NCBI RefSeq assembly: GCF_964355755.1
Contig: NC_092670.1
Span: 6,128,201-6,192,200 of the forward strand
Source: Antedon mediterranea
Taxonomy: Eukaryota; Animalia; Echinodermata
Length of the DNA stretch: 64,000 bases
Reading direction: 5' to 3'
Below are positions 12,142-25,442 of the stretch, piece by piece. Each line of letters starts with the position of its first letter. Position 1 is the first letter of the stretch. Under the pieces are notes generated by a model, which was given only the letters and a program-made list of their open reading frames with translations, was not told the DNA's origin and ran no database searches. The position numbers and the translations under genes were made by a program.

Positions 12142-15100
12142 GTTTGTTGTTTTTTTATTTACAAAAAGAAAATGTATATTTCATTTTTTCTTAAATACTG
12201 TGTTCATCACAAAAGTTGTTTTAAAATTATTATTATTATTTATTCCCTCTGTCTTGCAAAATGTTAGACTTGCTTATCCTGCTTTTTCAAATTTTTGTTT
12301 GGTATATCCCTTATAAAATGTTATTGAATAATTTTGATGATTAAGTAATTTGAATTCAAAAGATAAGAAGTCAGTGGCTTTCGAAAATGATTATCTCAAT
12401 ATGAAAATGTATTTGATATTTAAAAACAAAAAGGTATACTGTATAAAGCTACTTGGCTGTGTTTACTCCAAGAACTATTTATGTTCAGTTAAAATTGTGC
12501 CCTGTATGTATGCCACTGACATACTTATCTAATTTTCTAATCTCTAGCACTTAAGTAGTTAAATTAATCACAATCCAATTTACTAATTTCTAACCTAACT
12601 GCTAAGAATTTGCTAGTACAACTAATATTAAATGCTTTTTCCTATTTAATATTTTAGTTTAGAATGCTATACTAATTTTGCTTATAAACTGATTACTCAA
12701 GTCTTGGTATGTGTTGTCCATTACAAAATGTTAGATTATTTGTGTTTTGAAGATGTTTAAAATTCACTAAGTCAAAATGTTTAAAGAATGAAAAGAAAAT
12801 ACTGTAAAAAGCTGTAAAATATACTGTAAAAAAAGCTTTTTTCACAAATTGACATTTGGCGCATTTCACAGGTCGCTCTCATAAGCTTCTACTCACAAAA
12901 GATCTACTTATATATAGAAAAAGCAAAGAGTTTGAGGATCTAGATCTACAAAAACCAATCAAATAAGCCTTTACTGTATTTTCATTATTTAATTTGCTAT
13001 ATATAAAAAACAAGAACTTTAATATTTTTTGCAACCTGCTTTGTAATTACTTATTTTATTAAGTATAATAATGTTTACTGTGCCGGCAACTAACGCATCG
13101 CTCCTTCCATTTCACCGCCTCTAATATGCTAACTACTTGGTTGTAGGATTTTACGGTGAGTATAGTGTATAAAAACATAATAGTTAACCCATATATTCAT
13201 CCAATAGTTACATAACATAATACATTTTCTACTAATTTCTACTCTCTCTCTGTTTATTTTTGTTTTCTTCTCAATCGTCAAAAATATTACTTCTTCTTTA
13301 ATTTCTAATCGTCGTTTAAACACATCTTATCCAGAATATGGGATTCTACATTTTACCATGGTTTTACCGTTTTACCATGGATTCACCATTTTTATCTATA
13401 AACAAAATCTAAATTTAAAATCTCTAAAACTATTGTACTAAATTGTGAACACATACAAAAAACTAATTTACTCTAATTTAAACAAACTTGCAATACCTAC
13501 CATTTCAGTGAATCTCCATGACTGGCAATTTTCTATCTGAAATTTGTATCTCAGTCACAGGCAAGACCGCATAGTGTCTCTCCATCTCTCAATTTCCTTT
13601 CTCAATTTCTAGCTCTATCAATATTTCATTTTAGTTGATTCTTCTCACCTGTTTTTGTTCAGTAATCACTCATTTAATCTCGATTGATTCAATACATACA
13701 TCTAGTTCATATCTTGCATTTAGCATGCACCGCCATAAAACAAGGCTTAGCAGCTCTATAGTTTGTGTAGTTTATAGAGAAGTTTAAAACGAAGCATAAA
13801 ATATTGTTGCATTGGTATGTTTGTTGGTGTATTGGTGATGGTGAAATTGGCGTTGAATTATGGGATGGTTCAGGGTACCTCTGGTTTTGGTATCGGCCTG
13901 CTTAATATTCATGTTTTAAACATATATATTCTTTATAAATGTAATACATGATTGATCGGTTGAAGAATGACAGTATAAGTGCTTCATACTGATAAATTAT
14001 CTAATGGTTGTGATGTGGAGCATGTGTTGGTGTATAAATAGTGACATGTTGGAGGCAGTGCCAACAATTTTTACCAAAGATTGAGATGGTGCTTGACAGC
14101 AAACAAACGCATTTAAAACTTAATTTTCAGTTGAGGTTTGTGATACTGGGTTAGTGATAAAAATAATGATGAATGAAACTGTTGATGTATGGAATTATTA
14201 TTAGTGGTTTAATAAAGTGGGTGGTAGAAAATGTTTTTTTGTGTGTGTGTTATTTTCAGTCTTAATTTGTGTTCGGGTATTGTAATATTATTATGCTTGT
14301 GCTTTTATTTTTATTCTGTATTATTTTGTAATTTGCATGTTTGATAAATTATTATTTACACTTTGCCTGTAATATTGCTGCTTGCAATATAAAATATTCC
14401 GAGCATAAAATAAAGCTAACAAAAGTAAGAATTTGTTTACTAATTACTGGCAATTATTTCTCAACTCAAATAAATTTAGATTGTTTCAATTGTTTTTTTT
14501 TTAATTATTTTTCAAATATTATTTATTTACATCATTATTTATTTTGTATTATGGTGTTATTGTTTTACAATTACATATGAGAGAAAGTCTTGCAATGTTG
14601 CTGAGCTTAGCATTTCAATCAATGTAGGCCTATCTTTAATTCATAACGAATATTATTAACATATAATTAAGCTGTTTTGATGAATTTTAATGAAGTGTAT
14701 TAATGAATACAATGTGCTTGATTAATCACTATAATGAATCACAATCTAGTATTTGATTGTTTGATCCCATGTGACCCAGTTTAATAAGAGTATGTATGTA
14801 TATGACAACTTTAAAATTGTTTTAATTGTAATTTGGTTTGTTAGTCTAGACTGAGCAATTGTTCAGTTCGTTTTATACGACTAAAAAATACTGAAACGCC
14901 TTCCTAATAATACATAACATAAACGGGATGTTTTAACTCTTTCTCTCAATTCAATCAACATCAGTGAGTCACATAGTTTAGGAAACACACCCTTCAGAAA
15001 TTATTTAATTCTACATCTTCATCTGTAGATAATAATATTGTAGCAATATTACTTTAAATCATACTTAATTAAGACACAGATCATTATCTGAGACCAGTGT

Positions 15101-15774
15101 TTATCAGCACCTTTTCTTGAAATCTGACTGCCAACTGTGATTACGTTTTAGGGTCCATGTCAAAATTATTCCACTGCAGTTACTGCAGTAAACTATTTTG
15201 TTCACCCTTTAATTTGTTTATGTAATTATTCTGGCCTTTTTTTTTTTTTTTTGGAATCGTACATACTGTTTATTGTAGTGAATGAATCATTAAACTTCTT
15301 TGTTCAAACAAATTAAAACCATGCGTTATTGCAGTAAAAAATATAGTAGGTACATATTTACATGATTTCTTAGATTAATATCGAAGTATTTAAAGCCATC
15401 TTCAATTGGGTAGAAAATGTTATGTTTTATAACAACTTTCTCATATTAAAAAAGTAATGTAAGAAAAATTGTTTTCAAATGTGCTGTTTTTTTTTTTCAT
15501 ATGAAACTGTACCAATAAAATACTTTTTAAAAATGTTAATAATGTCATTGAAACAGGAAAACAAAACATCTTTCCTCTTTCTTTCGAGCTTATTAACATG
15601 AAATTATAAATATTTAATTATTATAAAGTAAGTTGTTGAAGAAGTCATGTTCAAAGGTGTTTGTAATTAGAACAGGTCCAATGTCAGGTCAATGTACTTA
15701 ACCTAGGAAATGTGATTACATGATTGCCAGATGTTTAATAAGGAATGCAGGTGGTACATCAGATGTGCATGTCT

Positions 15775-15871
15775 AATATTGACCTTGAAGAAAAGTGGAA
15801 GTGGCCAAGATCAAAAGACAGATTCTCTCCTTTTATCTTGGCCACTTCCACTTTTATTCAAGGTCAATATT
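15775..15871. repeat. Near-perfect 97-nt inverted repeat (hairpin)
   Basis: aatattgaccttgaagaaaagtggaagtggccaagat / atcttggccacttccacttttattcaaggtcaatatt. Confidence 0.9.
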
Positions 15872-17045
15872 TTAGGACTTGTTTCTACTGCATAATATAC
15901 TGATAATGATTGTTTCCAGTGCAATTGTACATCTAAGGCTAGGCCAAGAGGATAGGTCATTAAAAAAGTTTTGGTGAAACTTAAACTTCAGCAAAATATA
16001 GCATATTAGCAACTTATTTTAATTTATATTAAAATATATGTATGTTTACATATCTATAGATGCGTACACTAGCATTACATGCAAACTCTCTCTCTCTCTC
16101 TCTCTTTTAGTATATATTAGTAATTTTAGTTTTAAAAACATTGTTTGCCCTTTAATGCTACTGTAGACCATAGAGATATTATAATATCTCTATATGTAGA
16201 CTTGTATTCTTAATGGACAAATCTATACTTCCGTCATCGTCATACCAAAATATTAGGTTTATATATCTCCTGAGAGCTGTTGAACATTAGAGATACCTGA
16301 AATGTTTATTACCGTTTAAGTAAATTTTTATGTTTAGATTGTGAAAAACTATTCAAAAATCTATCATTAATTTCAAGAAGGATAATATTTTTTTTATTGA
16401 AAAAAAAAGCATAATAATTGTAAATTGATATTTGTAATCTGATATTGAAACAAGAGATTTTTTACACATTTTATGTACAGATTGACTTTGACATGCCAAT
16501 ACTTTATTGAAAGTAATGTATTTTAATATTTATAAATATAGTATGATTCAATATATATATAAATCAATATATACATGCTCTCATATAATTTTATACACAG
16601 TTGGTTTATCTATTGACAGCATATTTTTTATAATTCTTGATTGATGTAAAAAGTAAAGTTGACATATAAAATCAAGATAATTGAATTATGACAAATTTCA
16701 CTTGTAAGAGAGTTGACTGATAGATTGACGAGTGGCACTATGCAAATCTTAATTAGTGATCCCTCCTCTGTATGTATTTGCCTACAGGCAAGTTGAAGAA
16801 CTTGAACCTTTAAGTAAGTTGTAAAAATGGATATCAAGATTTTATGTCAAAAAAGTTTGACTACCTTGTTGAAATTTAAGTATATATGTATACGTTTTGT
16901 TCGTAAACTATAAAAAAAATCTGTTTAATTTATTCAAATTTGAAGATAGCACATTTGAATAAATTGCATAATAGATATACTTTGTTGTGCGAACAAAATC
17001 AGTTACCATTGAACCACAAGAATAGGAGGATATTAGCTAAGCACC

Positions 17046-17219
17046 AACCTGAGTGCGTTTAGTAGCCGCTTATTCAAGTTTTTAAGAATTAATGTAGGAA
17101 AGTACTTGATGCACACCATAAAATATGGAAGATATAGTTTACCAAATGTTTGAAAGATTCAACCTGAGGGCGTTTAGTAGCTGCTTATCAAAATTTTAAG
17201 AATGAATATAGGAAAGTAC
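17046..17219. repeat. Two-copy direct repeat, ~115-bp period
   Basis: caacctgag.gcgtttagtagc.gcttat...ttaagaat.aat.taggaaagtac occurs twice. Confidence 0.75.
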
Positions 17220-19004
17220 ACATTATAATATGAAAGATTTACCGAGCTTTACAAAGATTCTTCCCACATAGCTTCACATCTTATTTAATTCACCTTGTTA
17301 TCTAGCGACATCTTCGTGCCAGGATGAAGAAACTTGACATTGACAGAACCAAGATGCTTTCCCAATGAAACTTTAGATAATGTCAAAGAAATGAAACTCA
17401 TCAATTTGTCAGTATTTCGCTTTCTTTAAACAAATTTATACCATCTTGTCAGCAACGGTTTACTCAATCATTTAAGAAAAAGTTGAAAGTAATAAACCAA
17501 TATTAGGTTCCTTTTAAAAAAATTATACCACCTTGATCATTTAAGAACAACATACTATTTTATTCGTTAAATTTTAAAATATGATAAAAACATAATGAAA
17601 GATAATTAATACTTGAAGTTTATAACACATTTTCTTCTTGTTCAGATATTAATTTTTAAAAACTTTTTAAATTATCTGGCACATATTTCTATTGTTGGAG
17701 CTTAAAAATTGTTAAAAGAAGAATGAGTATAATGAATAGAGTTTATGTAGCAAGTATATGTCATCAGTTTAGTAAATAGAATTGTATAATTATTACTATT
17801 AGTAGGCATATTTTTCTTTTTGCAAAGTACCCCTTTTACATTGCCTAGCAAAATTCATAGAGTTGATATAAAGTTTGTGGTACACCATGTAGGTTGTTCT
17901 AAAAATTTAACTTTTGAGGCAATCGAAGAGTGATCGCTCTGGTGTGTGTGTATATACTCCCGAGTATTGCTAGGCGATGTGAAAGTGGTATTAAAAAAGA
18001 AATAGAAAAGGGTTAATGTGCTTAGAACTAACTATGAATAAAACATTAATGCAAAGTTAAACTAACCTTGAAGCTAGGTTCTAGGTTAGCGCAATGCAAG
18101 TAATTTTACCAATCACGAAACCAATGGATTATCTGAACAGTTGCGTGTGATTGGTCAACTCACTTGCGTTGCACATACAGTACGCCATTTTATTGTTTCC
18201 AAGTGAAAACTTTAGCTTTAGGTGGAAATTCAGAATTAAGAATAGATTACCATCATCCAAAGCATGTGTGTGTTTTCACCCCTGTGCCTTAATATTTACA
18301 CATTTTTATTTAATTTTGTGTAATTGTGAAATAAAATGTGGTTATGTTGCTTGCTTTTGTGCAATGGTATTATTTTTTGCTTTGTTTTATTTTATTTACA
18401 AGTAAATGTTTATTTTTTATATTTATTACTAAAATTAAAAATTGGATGATCGTCAACAAACAAATTATTAATATTAGGAAAGAAATTTTAATGTAGTATT
18501 TAAGTAATTTTTCATAAACAAAACAAGATTTCTGAAATGAAAATCTAATATATTTTACTGATCGTTTTTAAATGACAATTAATTTTATTCATATAAAAAA
18601 AAAAAAGTTTGAAAAAATACCTTTTTACTGATAAACATTTTGGAATTGCTATTTCTCAGAATCACCTGATTTAAAATGATCTAAGAAAAAAATGTTTGTT
18701 TCCTCTTTTGAAAATATGCTAAAACTATTTCTAAACCATATTTGCGAGGGTAACAGATAATAAACAGGATGTACCATATACACTGCATCTAGTCTGAAAG
18801 TGAAACACATTTATGGAGATTCCCACTCATCATTTCATAAAATTTATTAATAAATATTACATAAGGGGTTTTTTTATCATCTATAATTTCCTCCTTTAGT
18901 ATTTTATTGTTTGTTGTGGTTATGATGAAGGTAAGACGTGGTATATTAAAGGTTAAGAAATCTGTTATTTTCGAAACTGAATATGGTTATTTTTTTCCTG
19001 GCAG

Positions 19005-19065
19005 GGAGTTGGAACGGTTAAAGGCTGAAGCCAAATTGAGAGAATTGGAGGAATTGCAGGCTAAG
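19005..19065 (+). CDS. MYO10: Myosin-X exon, SAH/coiled region
   Basis: cag|G...AAG|gtaatg; ELERLKAEAKLRELEELQAK. Confidence 0.88.
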
Positions 19066-19388
19066 GTAATGATGAGCTTTTATATTATACTACGTACCCA
19101 GTTTTATTTTTATACACTATAAAATAATATTTTTTTTAAATAATTACAATACATTTTAATAAAAAAATGTATATATAGTAGGCCTCGATCCATCCCCATC
19201 AGAGTATGTGGTCTATTTTAAAATGTATATGGTTGAGATTGACACTTATCTGAAAATTCATCTGTAAAGTCTTTAAAATGTGTTGAAATTCAAAATTAGT
19301 TACATGTATTTCATTCAATTCTGATATTTTTTAGAGAAAAAGTTTAATTGGACAAACATTCAATGTACAAACGGAGATAACAAGCTCC

Positions 19389-19850
19389 TAATAATAATAA
19401 TAATAATATTATATTATATTACATTTTTCAAATGTTCATAAAAAGTACATATCACAATTCATCTTGCCAGGAGCAAGTAATAGGCATGAGTCCAAACAGA
19501 AAACTACTCTTACTCCATCATTACTTATAAAATACAAAAATAACAAAACTAAACTAAAGTACCGTAAGTAGCACAAATTAAGTAAAAAAAAAAAAAAAAA
19601 CAGTTTTTAATTAAGTTATAATGAGACACGCCAATTAAAAATAAGCTGCATTGAATGAACAATATAAACAATTACAACTCAATATTTTGAGATCAAATGT
19701 TTGGTGAGTTGGGCTTTAAAGTCTGAAATTGTAGCACATTGTTTAATTTAATTGGGAAGTTGTTCCCATAATCTATAAAATCCATAAAAATAAAAAACGA
19801 TGAATTTTAAAATGTATTAGTCTTAGCCTTCCTAACACGCTAAAACAAAA
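19389..19850 (-). mobile_element. Degenerate CR1/L2-type LINE 3' fragment
   Basis: Minus strand reads LWEQLPN*IKQCATISDFKAQLTKHLISKY*, typical of a LINE ORF2 C-terminus, followed by an AT-rich UTR and a trinucleotide-repeat tail at ~19389-19407. Confidence 0.55.
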
Positions 19851-21215
19851 CAATGATTATAAAAACTTTACAATTATAGATCTTAATTATTTTGCGGAAT
19901 AGATTTAGAGCCCTGTGATTTTAACAGTTACTTAATTATTATATATGAACAAATTTGAATCCATTGATGTGCTGTGTCTACTACAGTGCTTGCCATGGCG
20001 ACCTACTTCGTATCAACAAATCAACTATAGACACTTAGTCATCTTTTTTATAAACTAATCCTTCGTGTTTCAATTATCTTGAATAAGTTTACTACTGTCA
20101 GGTTTAGAATACGTATCTAGTTATTAAGCAATGTTTTTTAATTGTAATTGACAAAGTTAATGCCATGTTGAAGTCACTGATTATTATGTTTGAAACAATC
20201 AGAAAAATGAAAGGCTGTTTTTTATATAGTCTGAACTTAATTTGTTATCAGTCAAATCTAATAATGAAATTTGAGATATACAAACATATAATGAATATTA
20301 TAACACATTACATTAACCTCAATAGTTATTAGCAACCATTCCAAGTTGTAGTTTTGATAAAGAAGTGATTGCATCCCTAGCCTAGCTACTTCTCTCTTTG
20401 AAGAACAATGTTGCTAAAATAGTGTTCCCACACAAATAGAGTTATGGAAAAATGTGTTCTTCAGGATAAGCGTGGAACTGGCAAACAACACTATTTAATG
20501 ATTTAATGCTTCCTAATACTGTGAATTCAGGCAGATTGTAAACCAATCATTACAATGTGTTGCAAATTGGTAATGTTGCCCTGAACACTTAATTCCATGT
20601 TCTTGATGAAATCGCCCTACTACCAGTGTGTCGGCAACTGCTCTTGAACTTTTCAATCAGTTTTTAAGAATATTATTATCAAGTTAGATAATCTCAGAAA
20701 ATGGCCTTGGAACAATGGGATGTTATCCTCATTTGTACTGTAAAATCGGTTTGAAGCAGTCATTTAGTGTTGGGAGCTGGATCAGACTAAACTTGGGAGT
20801 TCTTTAGTTTATCATGATAGATATCGGAATTAGTGCCATCATTATAAAGGTAGTATAGTTACAGTTCCTTACTGATATTGGCTTTTCATCAGTTGACACT
20901 AGTACTCATCCGGATAATATTGCTGGAAAAATATACATTCTGTTTAGTAACTTCCTAAAAAAACTTTGTTTGAATCCAACTTCACATTGCTGATGAAATT
21001 TAATGACATAATTAATATTAAATATTTTATTGAAATTACTCTAAATCAAATATTTTAGAGGTATTTATCTGTAATGATATACTTTGTATCGGCTCTATTT
21101 AGCTTTCAATAGTATATTAGCCCAATTTATGGCCTTGAATGACGTTTTTTTCTTAATCAGAGTGTTTATGATTATGATGATGATAAGAATAAAGTATCTT
21201 TAATTTTATTTGCAG

Positions 21216-21356
21216 CTTGAGGAAGATGCCCGCATCAAAGCAGAAGAGGAGGCTGCTAAGAAAAAGAGAGAAGAAGAAGAAAGGCAAAGAGTATTAGAGA
21301 AAGCAAAGGCAATAGAGGCAGCTAAACGTCTGGAAGAAGAACAGGCTAAAATTAGG
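21216..21356 (+). CDS. MYO10: Myosin-X exon, SAH region
   Basis: tgcag|CTT...AGG|gtaaat; LEEDARIKAEEEAAKKKREEEERQR... Confidence 0.9.
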
Positions 21357-22130
21357 GTAAATCTATATTATAAGACTAGAAAAAGCGTTTTTACATTTGT
21401 TCATCACATTTTTCCTACTGCAGACATCTATGTCAAAATGTAATTGGGAAAGTTTAAAACCTGGCAACTACCCTGGGTGGGAGGGAGTGGTATATTTCCT
21501 AACTTTATATATTTTATTGATTAAAAATGTAATTAATTACCATGTTGATAAAATGAAAAGAGGTCAAGTTTGAGTCTAAGTTGACATGTTTTGATTTTTG
21601 CATATTTTTTATATATTTAATATATAATATTAGTTTTCCAACAAAATGTATTATTATTATTATTATTATTATTATTTGATAATACTGATTTCATCTGAAA
21701 AAACATGTTTCTCTCTATTTTTCAGTCTTTTCTCCATATATTTATTACTTAATTATTATTTATTTAAACTTTAATAACCGTAATATGAAAAGGAAAAGAG
21801 ATAGGAATTAGAAATACATAGAAAGCACCTGATAGGAAATGCTATGTGTAGGTGTGTATTTGGAAATGTACTTAAGTGTGGAACTTAAATGTTGTATTTC
21901 ATCTCTAATTATTTGAAACTTGAAAATGTCCCAAATTTTCCCCTAATATTTAGGATTCAGAAAATGTTTCCCAGGTTTCAGAAAAGAGCATAAGCTTTTT
22001 GAACTAGACAGGCTAGTAGTGCATTAACCACCAAGCTACAGTCCCACTTCAATCAAATCACTATGGTTATATTATAATTATAAAAGTCAGAGTAATGACT
22101 TCATGTATGTGCTATTTGTTTTTCTTTCAG

Positions 22131-22168
22131 GCTGAGGAAGAAAGACTAAAATTAGAGAATGAATTGAG
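22131..22168 (+). CDS. MYO10: Myosin-X small exon, SAH region
   Basis: ttttctttcag|GCT...AG|gtttg; AEEERLKLENEL; needed to go from phase 0 to phase 2. Confidence 0.85.
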
Positions 22169-23790
22169 GTTTGTAATTATAAATGTATTCAACTTCTTAG
22201 TATATACACAAAAAAATTATCATTTTAAACAATTTCTACAATTTTATATCTATAGTTACTCCCAAGAAAAATAAAGAAAACAAATGTATACCGTGAACCC
22301 CCATTTAACTGATAAAAAAGTGCTTTTTATAACCCAAAATTTAGGAAACATAGGGAAAACACATGAATGTATGACGAATAGGAATGCCTGCACCTGCCCT
22401 TTACCTCTTAATATGCTCCAGTACCTTCCTGGATTTTCCCGTTTTCCATTACCAAATTATTTTGAGACAACATAATCTCCTTGATTTCCTGTTCATTTTT
22501 TCTTTTTGAATATCATTCATAATAACAAAAACAAAAATAGATTATCTATGATCAACATTGTTTTAATATAGTAATTATATTAAAAAGGTTTTTCATGTTA
22601 TTAGGAGTTAAATCAATCAATCAATCAAATATGTTATAAAAAAGGGTTTTTTCTATTTAAAATTTACCTATTAATTATTATAATAATCAAATTTGTTCTA
22701 CTTATATTGATACTATTAATTTCAATGTAAATTGCTAGGGCAATGTACAGTATATTATAATCATGTTGGCATTTTGTGCCATTTTAATACCAAAACACAG
22801 TCAGAAATATTACAAATTTATTACTGTTATTTATCTTAATGTTTCACATACCTCAACTGTGTCCTGTGTGTAGCCAAACAGTCTTTGATCTAATCCCCCT
22901 GATGATGATTAAAGCCAGCCAATGTTACATGTCTGCTAACAAGTGCTTGTTGTAGTAATAATCGGTTCCTGTCGGCAATTTGCAGTACATTTTATCTATA
23001 TAGCACTTTGTGTACTTCTCGATTTGCTTTTAACGATTTTTGTTTTCACACATATGTTTTGCAATTCATTTTCATATAAATAAAACCAAAATGTTTGAAA
23101 TTGTTTTATAGAAATAATCAAATTTAAAGTACTCTAATTGAATAATTATCAGAAACTATGATCGTTTGCACATTTCAATACTAAACTGTAAGCTGGACAG
23201 CTGTTGATTACTGGATACATACAATTGATGTAATTTGCCTAAATTTCAAACAAATAAACTATTTTTCAACCTACAAAAATATAGCCTACTCCAACAATAA
23301 AATACACACCATCATGATAGTATTCAATATGTCAACATTATGTCATCATTGAAAACAAACTGATTATTGTTTATTTATTGCAATAACCATAATGCCGAAC
23401 CCTTTGTAAACCATGCCCCCACTGGTTAAATCTAGGAGCCCCAGATTTTGAGCAGAAATTACCCAGTGTTGAAGGGGCCTCTTAAGAGGGCTAAACCAGG
23501 GGCCTTTGTTCTTGCGTTACGCCACTGCATGCCCCATGGTCGTGCCGGGTGTTTACCCTATTTTACAATGTGTTTGTAGATCAACTTGGCTGAACATAAG
23601 TTAGGCATTTCTCATCTACCTTTACACATCACATATTCAGTGTGTGCAGAGAAGTTTAAAATACCCAAGTAAACCTAGTGTCGTGTGCAATATGCGATTG
23701 AGATTTTGAACTTAAGCACATTTGCTATTGATACCAACCATAAATATCAAATTGAAATTATAAAAAAATTTTCATAATGTTAATTTCTAG

Positions 23791-23947
23791 AATTCGACGT
23801 GAAGAAGAAGCATTGAGACTGGAGAAGGAGGAGGCAGAACGTCTTGTCGAGGAGAAACGACTTGAAGAGGAAGTTCGTAGGCGTGAGGAGGAGTTAGCGT
23901 ATGCTATGCAACAGGTCATGACTCACTTTGATGATAGTATTGCACAG
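23791..23947 (+). CDS. MYO10: Myosin-X exon, end of SAH/coiled region
   Basis: tag|A...CAG|gtatcc; IRREEEALRLEKEEAERLVEEKRLEEEVRRREEELAYAMQQVMTHFDDSIAQ. Confidence 0.87.
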
Positions 23948-25394
23948 GTATCCATCTGCTTGGCTTCTATATCTTTACATAATTCTTTCTCATTTCGTTT
24001 GTTTGTTTGTTTGCTTCTTGTTCCTGTATACCCAAATTATAATATACACATAAGGTGGCTGTGAACAGTGTGCTTCGTGTGTTGAGGGTTCAATGTTTTT
24101 CAGTTATTGAAACATGATATTTAGATAAATAGATAATTAGTTTACCAAAATGTATTAAGAATTTGTCTCTTGCACAACTTTTCGCCAAAGACAGTACCGT
24201 ATTACGATCGTCTGCACATGTCTAATAGACCAACATACCTAGTGCGCTTCTAATATTCGGGATTCATGTTCAATGTGATGAGATTCAATCAAAATGTTGA
24301 TTGGTTTGTGAGCATGTACACATTTGTTATACTCCAGCTTTGAATTGGTACAATGTTGTGTGAATTAAAACAATTTCGGTAACTTACATTTCTAAGATTT
24401 AATGAGTGAGTTATTATAAAAGTAGATTAAGGTTGTTAGGTTGATACAAACAATCTATTATATCTGATAGAATAGAAACACCTTTTTAATCAATTTAGTA
24501 TTAATAATAACTATTATTATAATAAAATAGTTAAACTACTAGAAGAATCTATAAACTTGCAAAAAAACAAATTTTTAGTTTGCACTTAATAATATTATTT
24601 TATTTAAACAATACTTATTTTAAAAACATCTAAAAATATAAATCCACTTTTTAGAAGTAGTATTCAATGACTAACTACAGATGCTAATGCATATAAAAGT
24701 ATTATTGTTTTCAGCTAATACACCCCACAAAAACAGAACACATGCCCACAAAATATCACTTGATGGTGATGGTATTTCACAAAAGTTGATTTATAATATA
24801 TATTTTTTTTAAATCACAAGAAAAAAATATTATCACTTTAAGCTCATCTGAGGAGGTAAACCTACTTCTAACTAAGCAAATTATTCAGCCAAAAATTTTG
24901 AAATTCAAGTATAAACCCATGTCCTAAATTAATTATTCTGTATATAATTCTTCACTTTACGCATGAAAAAGACCTAAAATTCAACCAATCCAACTCTCTT
25001 TTTCCATAAATTAATAATTATAAATAAGTATTATAGTTTTTTAATTATATAATAGTTATAATATAATCATTATCTTCATTAATTAAAGTACCTTAGTATT
25101 GCTATTAGTAGATAAGGTGTGGCACTACCATTTAATAATATGGGAATAATAAAGCCGCCTGACAATTTTTCACTGCCAAACTTTTTCAGTTAAGAGAAAT
25201 CATGTGTAGAAATTTGGCAGGACAATTAATTAGAGCAACTATTTGGGGGGGGGGGGGGGGTAATTCATCCCAATACAGAGGTCTCAGTAGACTAGACCTA
25301 CTACAGATAGTGCCACCCCTGTTGTAATAGATTGTTTTTTAGGCCAATATTATATTTTATGCATTTTACATGTAATTCATTTACTTACTTACAG

Positions 25395-25442
25395 TTGAAT
25401 TCTCCCTCCGATCTAAATTTAGACAAATATTATGGTGACATG
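25395..25442 (+). CDS. MYO10: Myosin-X candidate 48-nt linker exon
   Basis: ttacttacag|TTG...ATG|gtaag; LNSPSDLNLDKYYGDM; symmetric phase 0-0, no stops. Confidence 0.7.
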
